Below, in pieces: positions 38,716-51,965 of a stretch of 64,000 bases of DNA (positions within the stretch are counted from its first letter, which is position 1; every line of letters begins with the position of its first letter). This DNA comes from Octopus bimaculoides (lineage: Eukaryota), in contig NC_068981.1 in assembly GCF_001194135.2 (NCBI RefSeq), positions 191,989,914 through 192,053,913 of the forward strand, in the 5' to 3' direction. A program made the translations under genes and the position numbers. The notes under the pieces were generated by a model. The model saw only the letters and a list, made by a program, of their open reading frames with translations. It was not told the origin of the DNA and made no database searches.

Positions 38716-39928
38716 TTAATATGCCAATAAAAGAAAAGGTAAGTATTATTTAGTAAAACCCAGTCTGAATTCTTGATTATCTTGAGACCTGAAACTCATT
38801 CATTGCTTTCAAAATTGTTATAAGGGTTTAAATGAATTCTGAAGGAAAAACAACTATTGAAATGGAAAATAAATTTTCAAAGACATCCACACAGAGCCTC
38901 CCCAACTTGCAGTAATGTTCACTCTTACACCTAAAACAAACAATCTTCACCAGAAACAAAAATAAAATGTTTGAAACAGAATTTTAGATTTTGAAAAAAA
39001 AAAAGGCTGTTTTCACATCATGCACAGTAGTCTTACAACACATAGACTCATATACACATATATACACATAAATATACACACACACGTGGGTATATAAGGT
39101 GCTGGAGAAACTTAATACATTATTATTATGGATTAGTATAGACTATTTGTTTGTTCTTTCACACTTGTCACCTGAACAAACACACAAAATCAAGAAACTA
39201 AGAGGAGCAACAGGGTGAATATACCATTAGATCTAGAAGTGAATGCATTTCTGTTGAAAGTCTGTGTGTGAGTGAGCACAGACACACACACAAAGAACAC
39301 CAACAACAGTAAAAGCTGGAGAGAAACTGATATTCCAACTGTTTAGTACTGACTGAAATAAATAGTCGTGGTGGCCATTTGATTGTTTCCGCTATCATGT
39401 CTCAAATTAATAATACAACAGGACGGCAGATAAATAAATGAAACGAGTTCTCATAAATGTCAAACTTATTTTCTATTGCAAACATTTTGGAAAGAAATAG
39501 TTTTACAATGAGGAATTGTGCTGCTATAGATTTTACAGCAAGATATTTAACAAGATGGACAGACAGAGTGCAAGAGATCAATAGAGAGAAAGACCACAAG
39601 AAAGACAGACAGTAATGTACACATAAGGTGTAGAGGTAATTATATTAACAGGTGTAATTGCAACAGAAATGTTGAGAGGAAAATTCTGTTTTAAATTTTC
39701 ACTGCAAGTATCAGTTATAATCTGACTTCAGAACAGATAATTTTTTATATAAAATGGTATATTATTAGATATCAAAGTATTCTATCATACATCTAGATGA
39801 TCACTAATATTCCATGGTGTGGAGAATGGTTTTGAATTACAAAAGCAAAAGTGAATATAATCATGGGTTCATGAAAGAGTGTCTGAGTTTGTGTGGCTTT
39901 AATGGCTACTATTACTCTACCATAAAGA

Positions 39929-39983
<55 letters not shown>

Positions 39984-40509
39984 CGCACACATACACTGTA
40001 GGTTAACTGAATTTGTTGGTATACCATTAACTTAGCCATATATCCTCTGACATTCTCCAACTCCAATCCAACCAATCTAAGCACCTAGATCAAACAAAGG
40101 TCAAAAGGTTACAAGATAAAAAAAAATTTTAAACATTTAAAAAATATCTGCTTTCTATATTATCTTACTATACATGCATTAAACTTGACACCCTGAAGAT
40201 AGTCATGCTCTGTAAAGGTTTTAGAGACATGTTCATTAAAATATGACCATGAGAAGGTTCTATAATGGACAACATAAGTTCTGGCTTCACAATGTGATCC
40301 AACAGTTAAATACAGAGAGCAAAAATCCTAACTACATGACATTGAAATTTGGAAAGTTAAAGAAGAAGTTTAACAGATTTTTGGAAATGGAGTAAGAAGA
40401 GAATAGTCTGTTGTTGAGTAGAAAGAAAACTCAAGGCATTAGTTGAGTGCAAGTGAATCAAGAAAATGCCTCTATTGAATCAGTGTTTGAAGAAAATACT
40501 TATAGGGCT

Positions 40510-40875
40510 CATTATCTTTTTTAAGTCTACCTTTCTATGCTTGCATTGTTAGACAGAATTCATTGAGGCAACTTTTCTAAGGCCAGATGCCCTCCCTGTC
40601 ACCACCCCTCATCTGTTTCCAAACAAGGTAATATTTCCCCATGGCCAGAGATGTGTTTCATGGAAGATTGAAAAATAAACAATGCCCATTTACAACCATC
40701 AACACAACAAACACACACACAATGGGCTTCTTTGAATGTTTACCTACATAATCTACTCACAAAGCTTTAGTTGGCCTGGAGCTATTAGCAAAAGACATTT
40801 GTCTAAGGTGCTGCACAGTGGGACTGAACTAAAAACCATATGGTTGGAAAGCAAGTTTCTTAACCACACAGCCAT
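40510..40875 (-). mobile_element. SINE family B
   Basis: Reverse-complement similarity to 23492-23900. Confidence 0.7.
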
Positions 40876-42197
40876 AATGTGTATAATGTAGAAGTCTGTT
40901 TTTACTGACTCCTATAATTAGAATAACTGGTGTAAAGGCAATTTAAGTGTTGTAGATAACTTGTAAGAAAAAGAAGAGACAGGAGAGTTCTAGGAAGAAG
41001 AATTGTGAAAAGCATTTAGTGATGGGTTGAAAATGAAGAAACAGTAGAAATAGCAGGGATAAAATAGAAGCAGTATGGAGTTGAGAAGATCATGGCCTTG
41101 TGTTTATATGCTCAAATCTATCATTATGGCTGCCTTTACTGTTCATCTCTCTAACTCACTAAGTGTCAAAAACCCTATATCTTCCTCCTCCTTAACAATA
41201 AGAGGGCATATACCAGCATGTACCAAAGAAAAAAAAATCAATAATGGCAGAAAGTGGACATCTTCCTATCTGCTGTTTAATATGTGCTCAATTATTCTCC
41301 AATACTTGAACGGTTCATGACTATTTAGCAATATAACTTATTAGTTTCAGCATCTTCTAGTAGAAGCTGAGAATTTCAAACTTATGAAAGTACAAATACA
41401 ATTTAGAAAAAACACGAAAAGAATGGGGGGGAAATAAAATCAGAAGAAATTCATTAAGATTTGAAGAAATCAATTTATAAAAATGAACTGATAATATTAA
41501 AAAAAAAAAAAAAGCATTTGAAAAATCTCTCAATCCGTACCAAATTCCAAGCTTATCTTTTACTATTAATCACAATGTTTTTTAATGAGGCAGTCCAACA
41601 AATTGTGGTTGTCTTGAAGTGTTTCCTGATAGAAATCTAGGTTAAGTTGTATTGGAGATAACAACAATTAGTATCATTGACTATCTTGTTAGGTGAACAA
41701 CTTCAGCTCAACCTTAATAATTAAGCAGTAACAGAACACACACTTCAAAACTGAATGATTTAAAGTTTGTTTTGATCTCAGATAAAAACTACAAAATAAC
41801 TTCCATTAAGACTTGACAGAACTCTGTTCTTTATGAAATGTATCTAACAGCCACAGGCACAGGTTTGACTGTATGGTTAAGTAGTTCACTTCACAGCCAC
41901 ACAGCACCTTGGGCAAGTGTCTTCTACTAAAGCCTCAGGCTGACTGAAACCTTTTGAATAGATTTGGAAAACAGAAACTAAAAGAAGCCTGTCATGTGTG
42001 TGTATCCTTGCCTAGACATCAAGTGATAGAACATTAGGAGAGAGGATGTAGGCAAGTGAATTGATGGCAGTACTTGTACTTTAATTAATACCAGAAGAAT
42101 AAAAAAGTAAATTCAGATATGCATGTAGATATTAGTAGAGTACAATTCAGGCAATATTCACATATTTCTAACAGAACACATGAAATAAATTAACATT

Positions 42198-42572
42198 AGG
42201 CACAGGTGTGACTGTGTAGTAAGGAGTTTGCTTCCCAACCATAAAGTTCCAGGTTCAGTCCCACTGCATGGTACCTTGGGCAAGGGTCTGTTATAGCCTC
42301 AAGCTGACTAAAGCTGTGAGTGGATTTGATAGACAGAAACTGAAAGAAGTCTGTCGTGTGTGTGTGTGTGTATCACCACTGCTGGACAACCAGTGTTGGT
42401 TTGTTTATATCCCCATAACCTAGCAATCTGGCAAACAGAGACCAACAGAATAATTACCAGACTAAAAAATAAAATAAAAAGGCATTGGAGTCAACTTGCT
42501 TGACTAAACCCTTCAAGGCAGTGCTCCAGCAAGGCCAGTCTAATGCCTGAAACAAGATTAAAAAAAAAAAGA
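42198..42572 (+). mobile_element. SINE family A (a head-only copy precedes it at about 41855-42005)
   Basis: Similarity to 28936-29312. Confidence 0.75.
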
Positions 42573-43496
42573 TACTAGCTTTGAAAATCAACAATGAAAT
42601 AAAATGAAATAAAAGCAATAAAAATAAATGCTTCTAGTGCCCAACCAAGTAAAAGACATTGATCCATTAACCATGTTAACACCACAAATATTTACGTCTT
42701 AAATTAAGGCAAGTCTGTTATTTTCCATGCTGTGCAAAGAATTAATCTTAAGTCTTCCAGATTTTCTTATCAGTGACACTTGTAGTCTTTGAAGGAAGGA
42801 TCCTGATATATAATGATACGCTAAATTAAACTTGTATGAAGATGAAGAAGATAGTGGCCCTCATGAAGAGGAAACTTTATTAATGATAGGATAGTGCTTG
42901 TGGTTTTGGTCTTGATGATGTGAGTGTGAAACTGAGCATGGTCCATGCTGATTATGGTAATGATGGCTTTTGACAAATGCAATAGCAACATTTTAACAAA
43001 TGATAACAGTGATCCTGTTCTGTTGATGATATTAGCATCATCATCCTTTCAACACTTTTCTTTCTTCTTCCTAGCTAGAAATAAAATGTCATACTTCACC
43101 ATTTGAATAAACATCTTATCCTAGATCTAACCAGCTTGATAATGAGCTGATATGGCTGAAAAATGATGTCATCGGAAAATTATTAAATAGATAAAGTGAC
43201 TGCTTCAGCAGAGTTTGAAATAAGCAAGCAAGCTATTTAAAGGGCTGTATTTCCGTGAACTGCAAAAAGGAAAAGTAAACAGGTACTATTCATTAGGAAT
43301 TATTTTGATCATCATCATTTAACATCCATTGTCCATGCTGGCATGGGTTGGACGGTTTGATCAGAGCTGGAGAGCTGCACCAGGCTCCAGTCTCATTTGG
43401 CGTGGTTTCTATGGCTTGATGCCTTTCCTAATGCCAACCATTTTACAGAGTGTGCTGGGGGATTTTGTGTATTTTAATGTGACACCAGCACAGGAC

Positions 43497-43630
43497 TCTT
43501 CATTATATCATATAATCCTCTTCATCATATCATATGATCTTCAGTATATCATATATCCTCTTCATTATATCATATAATGCTCTTCAGTATATCATATATC
43601 CTCTTCATTATATATCCTCTTCATTATATC
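43497..43630. repeat. About 22-24-bp minisatellite (tcttcattatatcatataatcc), about 6 degenerate copies
   Basis: Repeated tcttca(t/g)tatatca motif. Confidence 0.8.
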
Positions 43631-44037
43631 AGAGGATAGGGAGCTGGTATATGAATTCTAGAAGAAACCAGGAAATGTTAGATGGTTACAAAGACTGATC
43701 GGTAGAAATGAAATGGAACATGATTTGAATTAGACAAGTGGAATTCTAGTTTTGAACTGATCATCCAGAAATGAAAAATCAGTCAAACTACCACAGTCAT
43801 AACTCATCGTTTTCCATTCTCTTTATTTGATCAGCCCCTAACAAACATAAGTTTTTGGTCATTTAACAATGGACAATGCAGAGTACTTAATATCACAATT
43901 TAAAAAAAAAAGATGGAATGGCAGAAATTGTTGCTTGGGATATAACTAAAATCTACAAATTGCAACAGAAAAAACTCTCACTCTTGTCGTTTCAGGCCTT
44001 ATTAACTAGTAAAGTAGAGATGGTGTCTACATGAATC

Positions 44038-44406
44038 TTTTATCTTTTACTTGTTTCAATCATTAGATTGCAGCCATGCTGGTGCATCGCTTTGAAGAAA
44101 TTTAGTTGAACAAATCAACCCCAGTACTTATATCTTTTAGCCTGGCACTTATTCTATCAGTCTCTTTTTTTGCTCAATCACTAAGTTACAGGGACATAAA
44201 CACACCAACACTGACTGTCAAGCAGTGGGGGTGGGGGAAGAATACAGGCACACATACACACGTGTGACAGACTTCTTTCAGTTTCTGTCAACCAATTTCA
44301 CTCACAATACTTTGGTCAGCTCAAGGCAAAAAGACAGATGCCTAAGGTGCCATGCAAAACTACATGGTTGGAAAGTAAACTTCTTACTACACAGCCAGGC
44401 CTATGC
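44038..44406 (-). mobile_element. SINE family A
   Basis: Reverse-complement similarity to 28936-29312. Confidence 0.75.
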
Positions 44407-44908
44407 TAATGTTTAATTTTTATTTTTTTCTTCAGTTACCATTAAGGTCTGAATTGATGCCTACCATGTGTTTGCTACTGAAATGGTTGTCAACCTGTAA
44501 GGAGTAGGAAGTGTCTTTTTTTTTGCTGCACTTTATACATCTCTTTCAAATCTCAGGCTAGCTTTAATCTCTCCAGCAGCAAAGAAATAGCAGCAGCAAA
44601 TGTATTGCAGAAATAAATTCAATCAACTGACATATTTGTGGTCATGTGGTAAGGTTAGAATTAATATTTTAAAAGAAATCTGGAGGAGGAATTAAAGAAA
44701 TGGAGCAAAAATGAAATTGCTGAAGGTCAGACAAACTTCTAATGAAAATAACAAAGAAATTATTTTAGAGCAGAAATACTTGCTCCAAAGACAGTGTGAT
44801 TAGTGTTCAGTTTAAAGAATTGAAGTTTAGTAGTTTTGCGAAAACAATGTGAAGGAAGAACAAAAAGAATTCCAAGAAAGAAAATACAAATTAAAGTTTT
44901 TTTGTCTA

Positions 44909-45262
44909 AGTGCAGACATGGCTGTGTGGCAAGAAGTTTGCTTCCCAACCACATGGTTCAGTCTCACTGTGTGACATGTTAAGCAAGTATCTTCTGCTAT
45001 AGTCTTGGACTGACCAAAGGATTGTGAGTGGATTTGGTAGATGGAAACTGAGAGATGTGTGTGTGTGTGTGTGAGACCATTGCTTGACAACTGGTATTGG
45101 TGTGTTCATGTCCCTGCAATTGGTTCAGCAAAAGAGACTGATAGAATAAATACCAGGCTTTAAAAAAATTACTGTGGTCAACTCATTCAACTAAAATTTT
45201 CCAAGGTGTTGCCCCAGCATGGTCACAGCTTAATGACTGAAACAAGTAAAAGGTAAAAGATA
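44909..45262 (+). mobile_element. SINE family A
   Basis: Similarity to 28936-29312. Confidence 0.75.
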
Positions 45263-45318
45263 TGATGTTTTTGGTGCTATCACAGAAAATGAAAGATTGC
45301 AGAATATTTTCAAAGTCT

Positions 45319-45752
45319 CATCATCACTGTTTTTTAACATCCACTTTACCATGTTAGCATGTGTCAGAAGGATTCCACTGAGACAGATTTTCTATGGCAA
45401 GATGCCCTTCCTGCTGTCAAGATTCACCTGTTTCCAAGTAAGGTTAATATTCCTCACAGGCCAAGCACGTTCTTACAGGATATTGGAATGAATGAAACTG
45501 CTAGTTTGACAGTAAACATTCATTTACAGCTATCACACAATGTCAAGACAAGGAGACAGAAACGAGCATGTGCACACACACACACACATACACAGAGGGC
45601 TTCTTTCAGTTTCTTTCAGCTGAATCCACCCACAAGTCTTTGTTTGACCCAGGGTTACAGTAGAAGACTGACCCAGGGTGCCATGTAGTGAAACTGAACC
45701 CAGAACCATATGGTTAGGAAGCAAACTTCTTAACCACACAGTCACACTTGCA
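45319..45752 (-). mobile_element. SINE family B
   Basis: Reverse-complement similarity to 23492-23900. Confidence 0.75.
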
Positions 45753-45882
45753 TCTATTTACTATTCATGAGAAACATGCAGATCTGATAGGTGGAGTTGA
45801 GGTTTATAGGTGGCAAAGATCTGGGTTGAAAAGGCAAGAGAAAAATGTAGGACGATAGCATCGACTTGAGAGAGAGAAACAG

Positions 45883-45940
<58 letters not shown>

Positions 45941-46347
45941 NNNNNNNNNNGTGTGTGCGTGTGTGTGTGTGTGTGTGCGTGCGTGCATGCGGTTAGCAGT
46001 GACAGTGTGGATATAGAGAAGAAAGTATAGAATTGTAGAATACAGTCTGTGATGGACTGGAGTCAAAGAGTTCTATCAGCACAAGTGTGATGTAATCCAA
46101 GTGATTAAAACTCAGACAAAGCTTCTAGTTAATCAGCTCTGTCACAGGAATTGGTAAATAGCACTGCTGATGTCAAAAGCAACAATTTTCTTCTGACTCA
46201 AAAACTATCCGTTCATTAATTCTTTGGTATATTTAGCTTAGACCATGCTGGAGCATATTACTGGTAACTTTTGAGGGGAGGTCTTCAATGGAAATGATTT
46301 GGCTGGTTGCAGAAAAATGAGAGATGAATGTGCTAACAACTTTGCTC

Positions 46348-46384
<37 letters not shown>

Positions 46385-46511
46385 TGAAGACACACAGACA
46401 GAGTGAGAGAGACATAGAGAGAGACAGGCAGAGAAAGAGAGACAGACCAGTACAGAGAGAGAGAGTGTGAGAGAGAGAGACACACAGAGAGAGACACAGA
46501 GAGAGAGACAC

Positions 46512-46576
<65 letters not shown>

Positions 46577-46607
46577 NNNNNNNNNNGAGAGACACAGAGA
46601 GAGAGAC

Positions 46608-46698
<91 letters not shown>
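46348..46698. repeat. (GA/GACA)n tract with a 10-N gap at 46577-46586
   Basis: Direct reading. Confidence 0.95.
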
Positions 46699-46851
46699 AG
46701 TTGCCCAGTTTAACACCTCGTCTGGCACTTGGGTATCTACTCAATTTTAAGTATCAGCACTACTTCTCTCCAGTCTGAATATAATTTCCTCCTTCCTGCT
46801 AGTCTTGGAGACTCTCAAAAAGATCATGACCACTACACTTCCCCTTCAAGG

Positions 46852-46925
46852 TGGATGGATGGGTGGATGGACAGACAGATGGATAGATGGATGGAGGAAA
46901 GGATGGATGGATGGATGAATGGATA
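46852..46925. repeat. (GGAT)n degenerate tetranucleotide repeat
   Basis: Direct reading. Confidence 0.85.
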
Positions 46926-48404
46926 GGTATAAGCAGGCAGACAGACTTGATTTTTTTAATGACTATTAAATGTAGTAACTGTCTGTAGAACTGTTTCATT
47001 TGAAGAATAAGTCAGAGGAGGCTGGAAGAAAGAGAGGGAGTAGTTCCAGTTTCAATAGTTTCTGTAAATATATAACAAACACACAAATACATTATATTGT
47101 TTGTAATTATCAAGAAATTTATAAGTACAATGGTTATATTGAATAAATAATACAATACAGACCATGCTTATAGAAAACATTCAGATAGTCTGAGACAGTT
47201 ACAATGACCAAACTAGAAAATAACCAGACCATGGAATATTCAAACACCAAAGCAAAATACTGCGACAATAATTTAGGGTTAGAAAGAAAACATTAGATAT
47301 TATTTCAGTAACTTACAAATATTCCAATAACTGTAGCTATTTGTGTTAATCTCTAAATATTTGAATTCTGTTACATGAAATCTAACACTGGCCTCACATG
47401 ACTTTGCTTTCTGAAAAGTTATAAGCTACATCCCAACTACACACCCCTTCCAAATTCATTGCAAACTTCCCAAGTTGCATTACCCCTAGTGTTTCCATTC
47501 ATTATCCGCTCACATAATCTCTTACTCCTCTACCATATTCTAATTAAATTGAAATAACAAACACTGCCCATAGACTATTCATTTCTTTTTTTTTCTTTCA
47601 TACATTGTTTATTCCATCTGAAATTGGGTTAACAGTTAGATATACAATTTTTTTTTATATATATTATACCAGATGCTTAAAAAAAAAGGAAATCTTACAG
47701 AAAAATTTTTTTTTTTTTTCCTATTCCCCACCCATCTCTTTTCTCTAACACACAAACAGGTACAGACAGATACACAAGCAGGCGGGACATACATGAGAGG
47801 GGCACGCTCAGGAAAACAAGACAAGTGGGGTGGCGGGGGGGATCATACAAGGACACACATGAGAGTGGCACGCAGGGACACACAGACAAAGACACATACA
47901 CAACACAGACTTTTACTTCCTTCACTTTTTAGTATTAAGCCATTTAGCAAACTGACAGGTTCATTCCCCAGGTTAGCTCTATCTAAGTCCAGCTTAGTAT
48001 TAAGTTCACAGAGGTTCTACACTAACCACATTCCCAATCCTTCCTCTTCAGAATATCATCATCTCTGGAACTGCTATCCTTCTGACTATGTTTGTTTTTT
48101 CTTTTCCACAACCATCAAGTTTAAGCAGAACATCAACCACATCAATCTTAATGGTCAGTTTTGCAAAGTTTCCAGACACAATCATCAAAATAAAGCTTAT
48201 AAATTTAAGAAAACTTGCTACTCCATGTTTGTATTCCACATGTGAATAACTGCAGCTGGAGACTTTAGACACATGCATGCACACACACACACACCTGGAA
48301 ACAGGGCAACAGGGTGCAGAAAATATTACTCAACAAATTCCATCTGACCCATAAAAGCATGGAAAAGTGGATGTTAAATTGATTACACATACATGTGCGT
48401 GCAT

Positions 48405-48480
<76 letters not shown>

Positions 48481-49126
48481 TGTGGTTGGAGATTGTTACA
48501 GTCAGGGTGAACCACAAAGTAAAAAAATTAATGAAATAGAGGGTAAATTTATTTAATAACTGAGCCTTACATGACTAGAACTGTTGCATCCTGGCATATT
48601 TAGTCATCATCCTCTGACAAATTACTCAGAAATACAACAGTATTAACCCTGCAAGAGTCATTGTGTGCATACAGACAGACAGACAAGCCTCAAGTTTCTT
48701 CAAATTCATGGAAGCATAGAAAAGTGAACATTATTATTACACACACACGTGTGTGCAGTCATTTATAGCCACAACTTGAGTCTACTTCGCACATGAAAGA
48801 TGGGTAGTTATTGATTTTTTTTATTATCTTGTATTGTTTTTATACAACGAAGAAATAACAAATTTGGTCAAAAGAACAACTTAACAGTATTTTGATGAGA
48901 ATATTCTTCAGAAAGACTGCTTCATTAAAAGACATTACCAATTAATTGAAGACTCTTTTGCAATAAACGAACAATGACCAGGTTTGATCAGATTACTTTT
49001 GATAAAAACGATTAGTTAACTTCATTTAGAAGTGTTCATAAAACTGATTTTAATTAAGAAAAATAATTATTTGATCCTATAAATACTCAGAATGAAAAAG
49101 GAGTGGAGATGTTAGAAATAGCATAT

Positions 49127-49697
49127 GAATATTGAGGGGTGAATTGGAGAGAGAGAGGGATTGTGTGATGAGTGGAGGGAGACAGACAGACAGACAGAGA
49201 GCATATATGTAATGAAGAGGGAATGTGTGTGATGAAAGGAGGGGGGAAGGGAGAGATAGAGAGAATGTGTGATGAAGAGTGTGTGAAGAAGGAAGAGAGA
49301 ATGTATGTGAAGAAGAGAAAGAGAGAATGTGTGATGAAGAGAGAGAGAGAAAGAGTGTGTGCGTGTGTGTGATGAAAAGAGAGAGAGCATGATGAAGAGA
49401 GAGAGAGAGAGAGAGAGAGAATGTGTGTTGTGCGTGTGATCAGAGAGAGAGAGTGTGTATGGTGTGTATGTGATGAAAAGCAATAAAGAAAAAGAAAAGA
49501 GAAAGAACATGTAAGTGATGAGGGAGAATAGAACAGATTGTAAGTGAGAGAATATGTAAGAGATTAAGAGAGTGGGAAGCTGAGATTTCAGAAAAAAGAT
49601 ATTAAAAGAGAGAGGGAGTAAGTTGGGGAGAGAGGTAAGAGAGAGGGAGAATAGAGAGAGAGAGAGAGAGAAAATGATAAAAAGGAAGTGACAAAAC

Positions 49698-49745
<48 letters not shown>
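49127..49745. repeat. About 620-bp degenerate GA/GT purine-rich tract
   Basis: Recurrent gagagaatgtgtgatgaag units, ending in perfect (AG)n. Confidence 0.9.
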
Positions 49746-49746
<1 letters not shown>

Positions 49747-50654
49747 TGCATGAAAGATTGGTGTCAAAGATAACTAATCAATAGAATTCATATTCTTTTA
49801 ATTCTAAGAAAACAAAACATTAAAATTGTAAAAATGCACAAAAAAAAATAGTGTGAGAAATGTGTTTGACAAAGAAAAAAACATCTGAGTGAATAATTTT
49901 GGTTAGAGTTTGTATAGTTTGGTGTTAGTTGTAACATCTACAAACAAAGGTAAATCACAACTAACTGACACTGGTTCAGAGAACATGAAGATAAATAGAT
50001 AAAGAAATAAAAACTGGAGAAATTCCTATCAGGTAAACAAAAAGCAAAAAGAAAAATATACGAATTCTCTCCAACTTTTTCCTTTTCATTCCATAATTTC
50101 AATCGTCTAATGCTGCTTCAAATTATGGAGATATGATTATTTCCCTTGTAATAGCTGTGACCCTTAGTGGGACCACATCATCATCATCATCATCATGTTT
50201 GAAATACAATTTTAAAACCTAACAAATGAATATTACATCATAGACTAAGAAAAATTACTTATCCACGAAAATAGATATTAACACTAGATATATATTACTA
50301 TTTACTTCGTTTTATTACTGCTTAGTTTTATTCGTTGAGTTTTTTTGGGGGTCCATTTTGTTTTTCTTTAATGGTATTTTTTTTAAAGGAAAGAGAGAAG
50401 TTTTAATACAAGACAAAAACAATATCATGTTATTGAAATCTTGAAAGATTCCATTAATTCATATTTTCTTTTTTCTTGTATTGACAAATCACAGAAACTT
50501 TCACACACAGATTTTTTCTGCTAATAAACATCAATGTAGTCATATGCCACTCTCCATCACCCCTACCCCTAAAAATAAGAAAGTGACCTGGTAACAAAGT
50601 GATTGATTTTAAGCTCAAATATACAGTTTTAAGCAAAAGGTGAAGAATATTTAG

Positions 50655-50805
50655 CCCTTTTGTTACCATATTTTTTTTTAAATACTGTTTCAATTTTGAA
50701 AATAGCAAAGAATTTCTTCAAATAACTGTCCAATATCAATCTAATGTTTGGAACAAATTAACATGAAATTTCAGTGGAAAGTTTTTATTTAGATTCAAAG
50801 GAAGG
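50655..50805. mobile_element. Family M MITE, internally shortened
   Basis: TTAG-CCCTTTTGTTACC ... GAAGG-TTAA. Confidence 0.6.
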
Positions 50806-50825
50806 TTAACCGAGAAGATAGTTTT

Positions 50826-51965
50826 TGTGTGTGGCAGATGCACAGGGGCAATAAACACCAAAGATGTACAGAAAACAGATTCCATCACATGCCAGGGGGA
50901 GAAACTAGAAGTAATTGATAGCTTCCGTTACCTAGGCGACCAAGTATGTAATGGGGGTGGATGCTCTGAGAGTGTAGCTACTAGAATAAGGATAGCCTGG
51001 GCAAAGTTCAGAAAGCTCCTACCTCTGCTGGTAACAAAGGGCCTCTCACTTAGAGTGAAAGGCAGACCGTATGATGCCTGTGTGCAAATAGCCATGCTAC
51101 ACAACAGTGAAACATGGCCCATGACTGCTGAGGATATGCATAGGCTTGAAAGAAATGAAGCTAGTATGATCCGCTGGATGTGTAATGTCAGTGCACACAC
51201 ACGACAGAGTGTAAGTGCCCTGAGAGAAATGTTGGACATAAGAAGCATCAGATGTGGTGTGGTCATATACTGCATATGGATGAGAAAAGCTGTGTGAAGA
51301 AGTGTCACAACCTAACAGTGAAAGAAACCCATGGAAGAGGTAGACACAAGAAGACATGGTATGAGGTGGTGAAGCATGACCTTTGAATATTGGGCTGACC
51401 TTTGAATATTGGGCTTCACAGAGGCAATGGCAAGACGCTAAGACCTTTGGAGATATGCTGTGATTGAAAAGACCCGGCAAGCAAAGTGAGATCACAGCCA
51501 AGGCCAATACCAGTGTCACATAACCAGCCCATTTAAAAGTACCCTTGAATCATTGGGCAATACACAGTGCTTGAGAAGACCTATTGAGTCAAGTGAGATC
51601 GAAATCATAGTCGTAGCTGATGGCAGTGTCACCTGACTGGCACCCATGCTGGTGGCACGTAATAAGCACCATTTGAGCGTGGATCAATACCAGTGCCACC
51701 TGACTGGCTCCTTGTGCCAGTGGCACATAAAAAGCACCATCCAAATGTGATCGATGCCAGTGCCACCTGACTGGCTCCTATGCTGGTGGCACGTAAAAAG
51801 TACCCACTACACTGTCGGAGTGGTTGGCATTAGGAAGGGCATCCAGCTGTAGAAACCATGCCAGATCAGATTGGAGCCTGGTGCAGCCTACTGGCTTGCT
51901 AGTCCTCAGTCAAACCGTCCAAGCCATGCCAGCATGAAAAGTGGACATTAAATGATGATGATGAT
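50826..51965 (+). mobile_element. 5'-truncated RTE-clade LINE (RT C-terminus, 3' UTR and (GAT)n tail)
   Basis: KLEVIDSFRYLGDQ...ATRIRIAWAKFRKLLPLL..KGLSLRVKGR.YDACVQ.AMLH.SETW.MTAEDMHRLERNEASMIRWMC is typical of the RTE post-RT region. Ends CCATGCCAGCATGAAAAGTGGACATTAAATGATGATGATGAT. Confidence 0.88.

Noticed and set aside
48800-49030. Possible decayed RT fragment; similar weak impressions at about 40240-40510, 54490-54610 and 59230-59830
   Set aside because: Multiple stops and only short motif resemblance, so not supportable without alignment.
51624-51810. CRISPR-like repeat array (also 43497-43630)
   Set aside because: The units are head-to-tail tandem repeats without unique spacers, there are no cas genes, and the context is eukaryotic.
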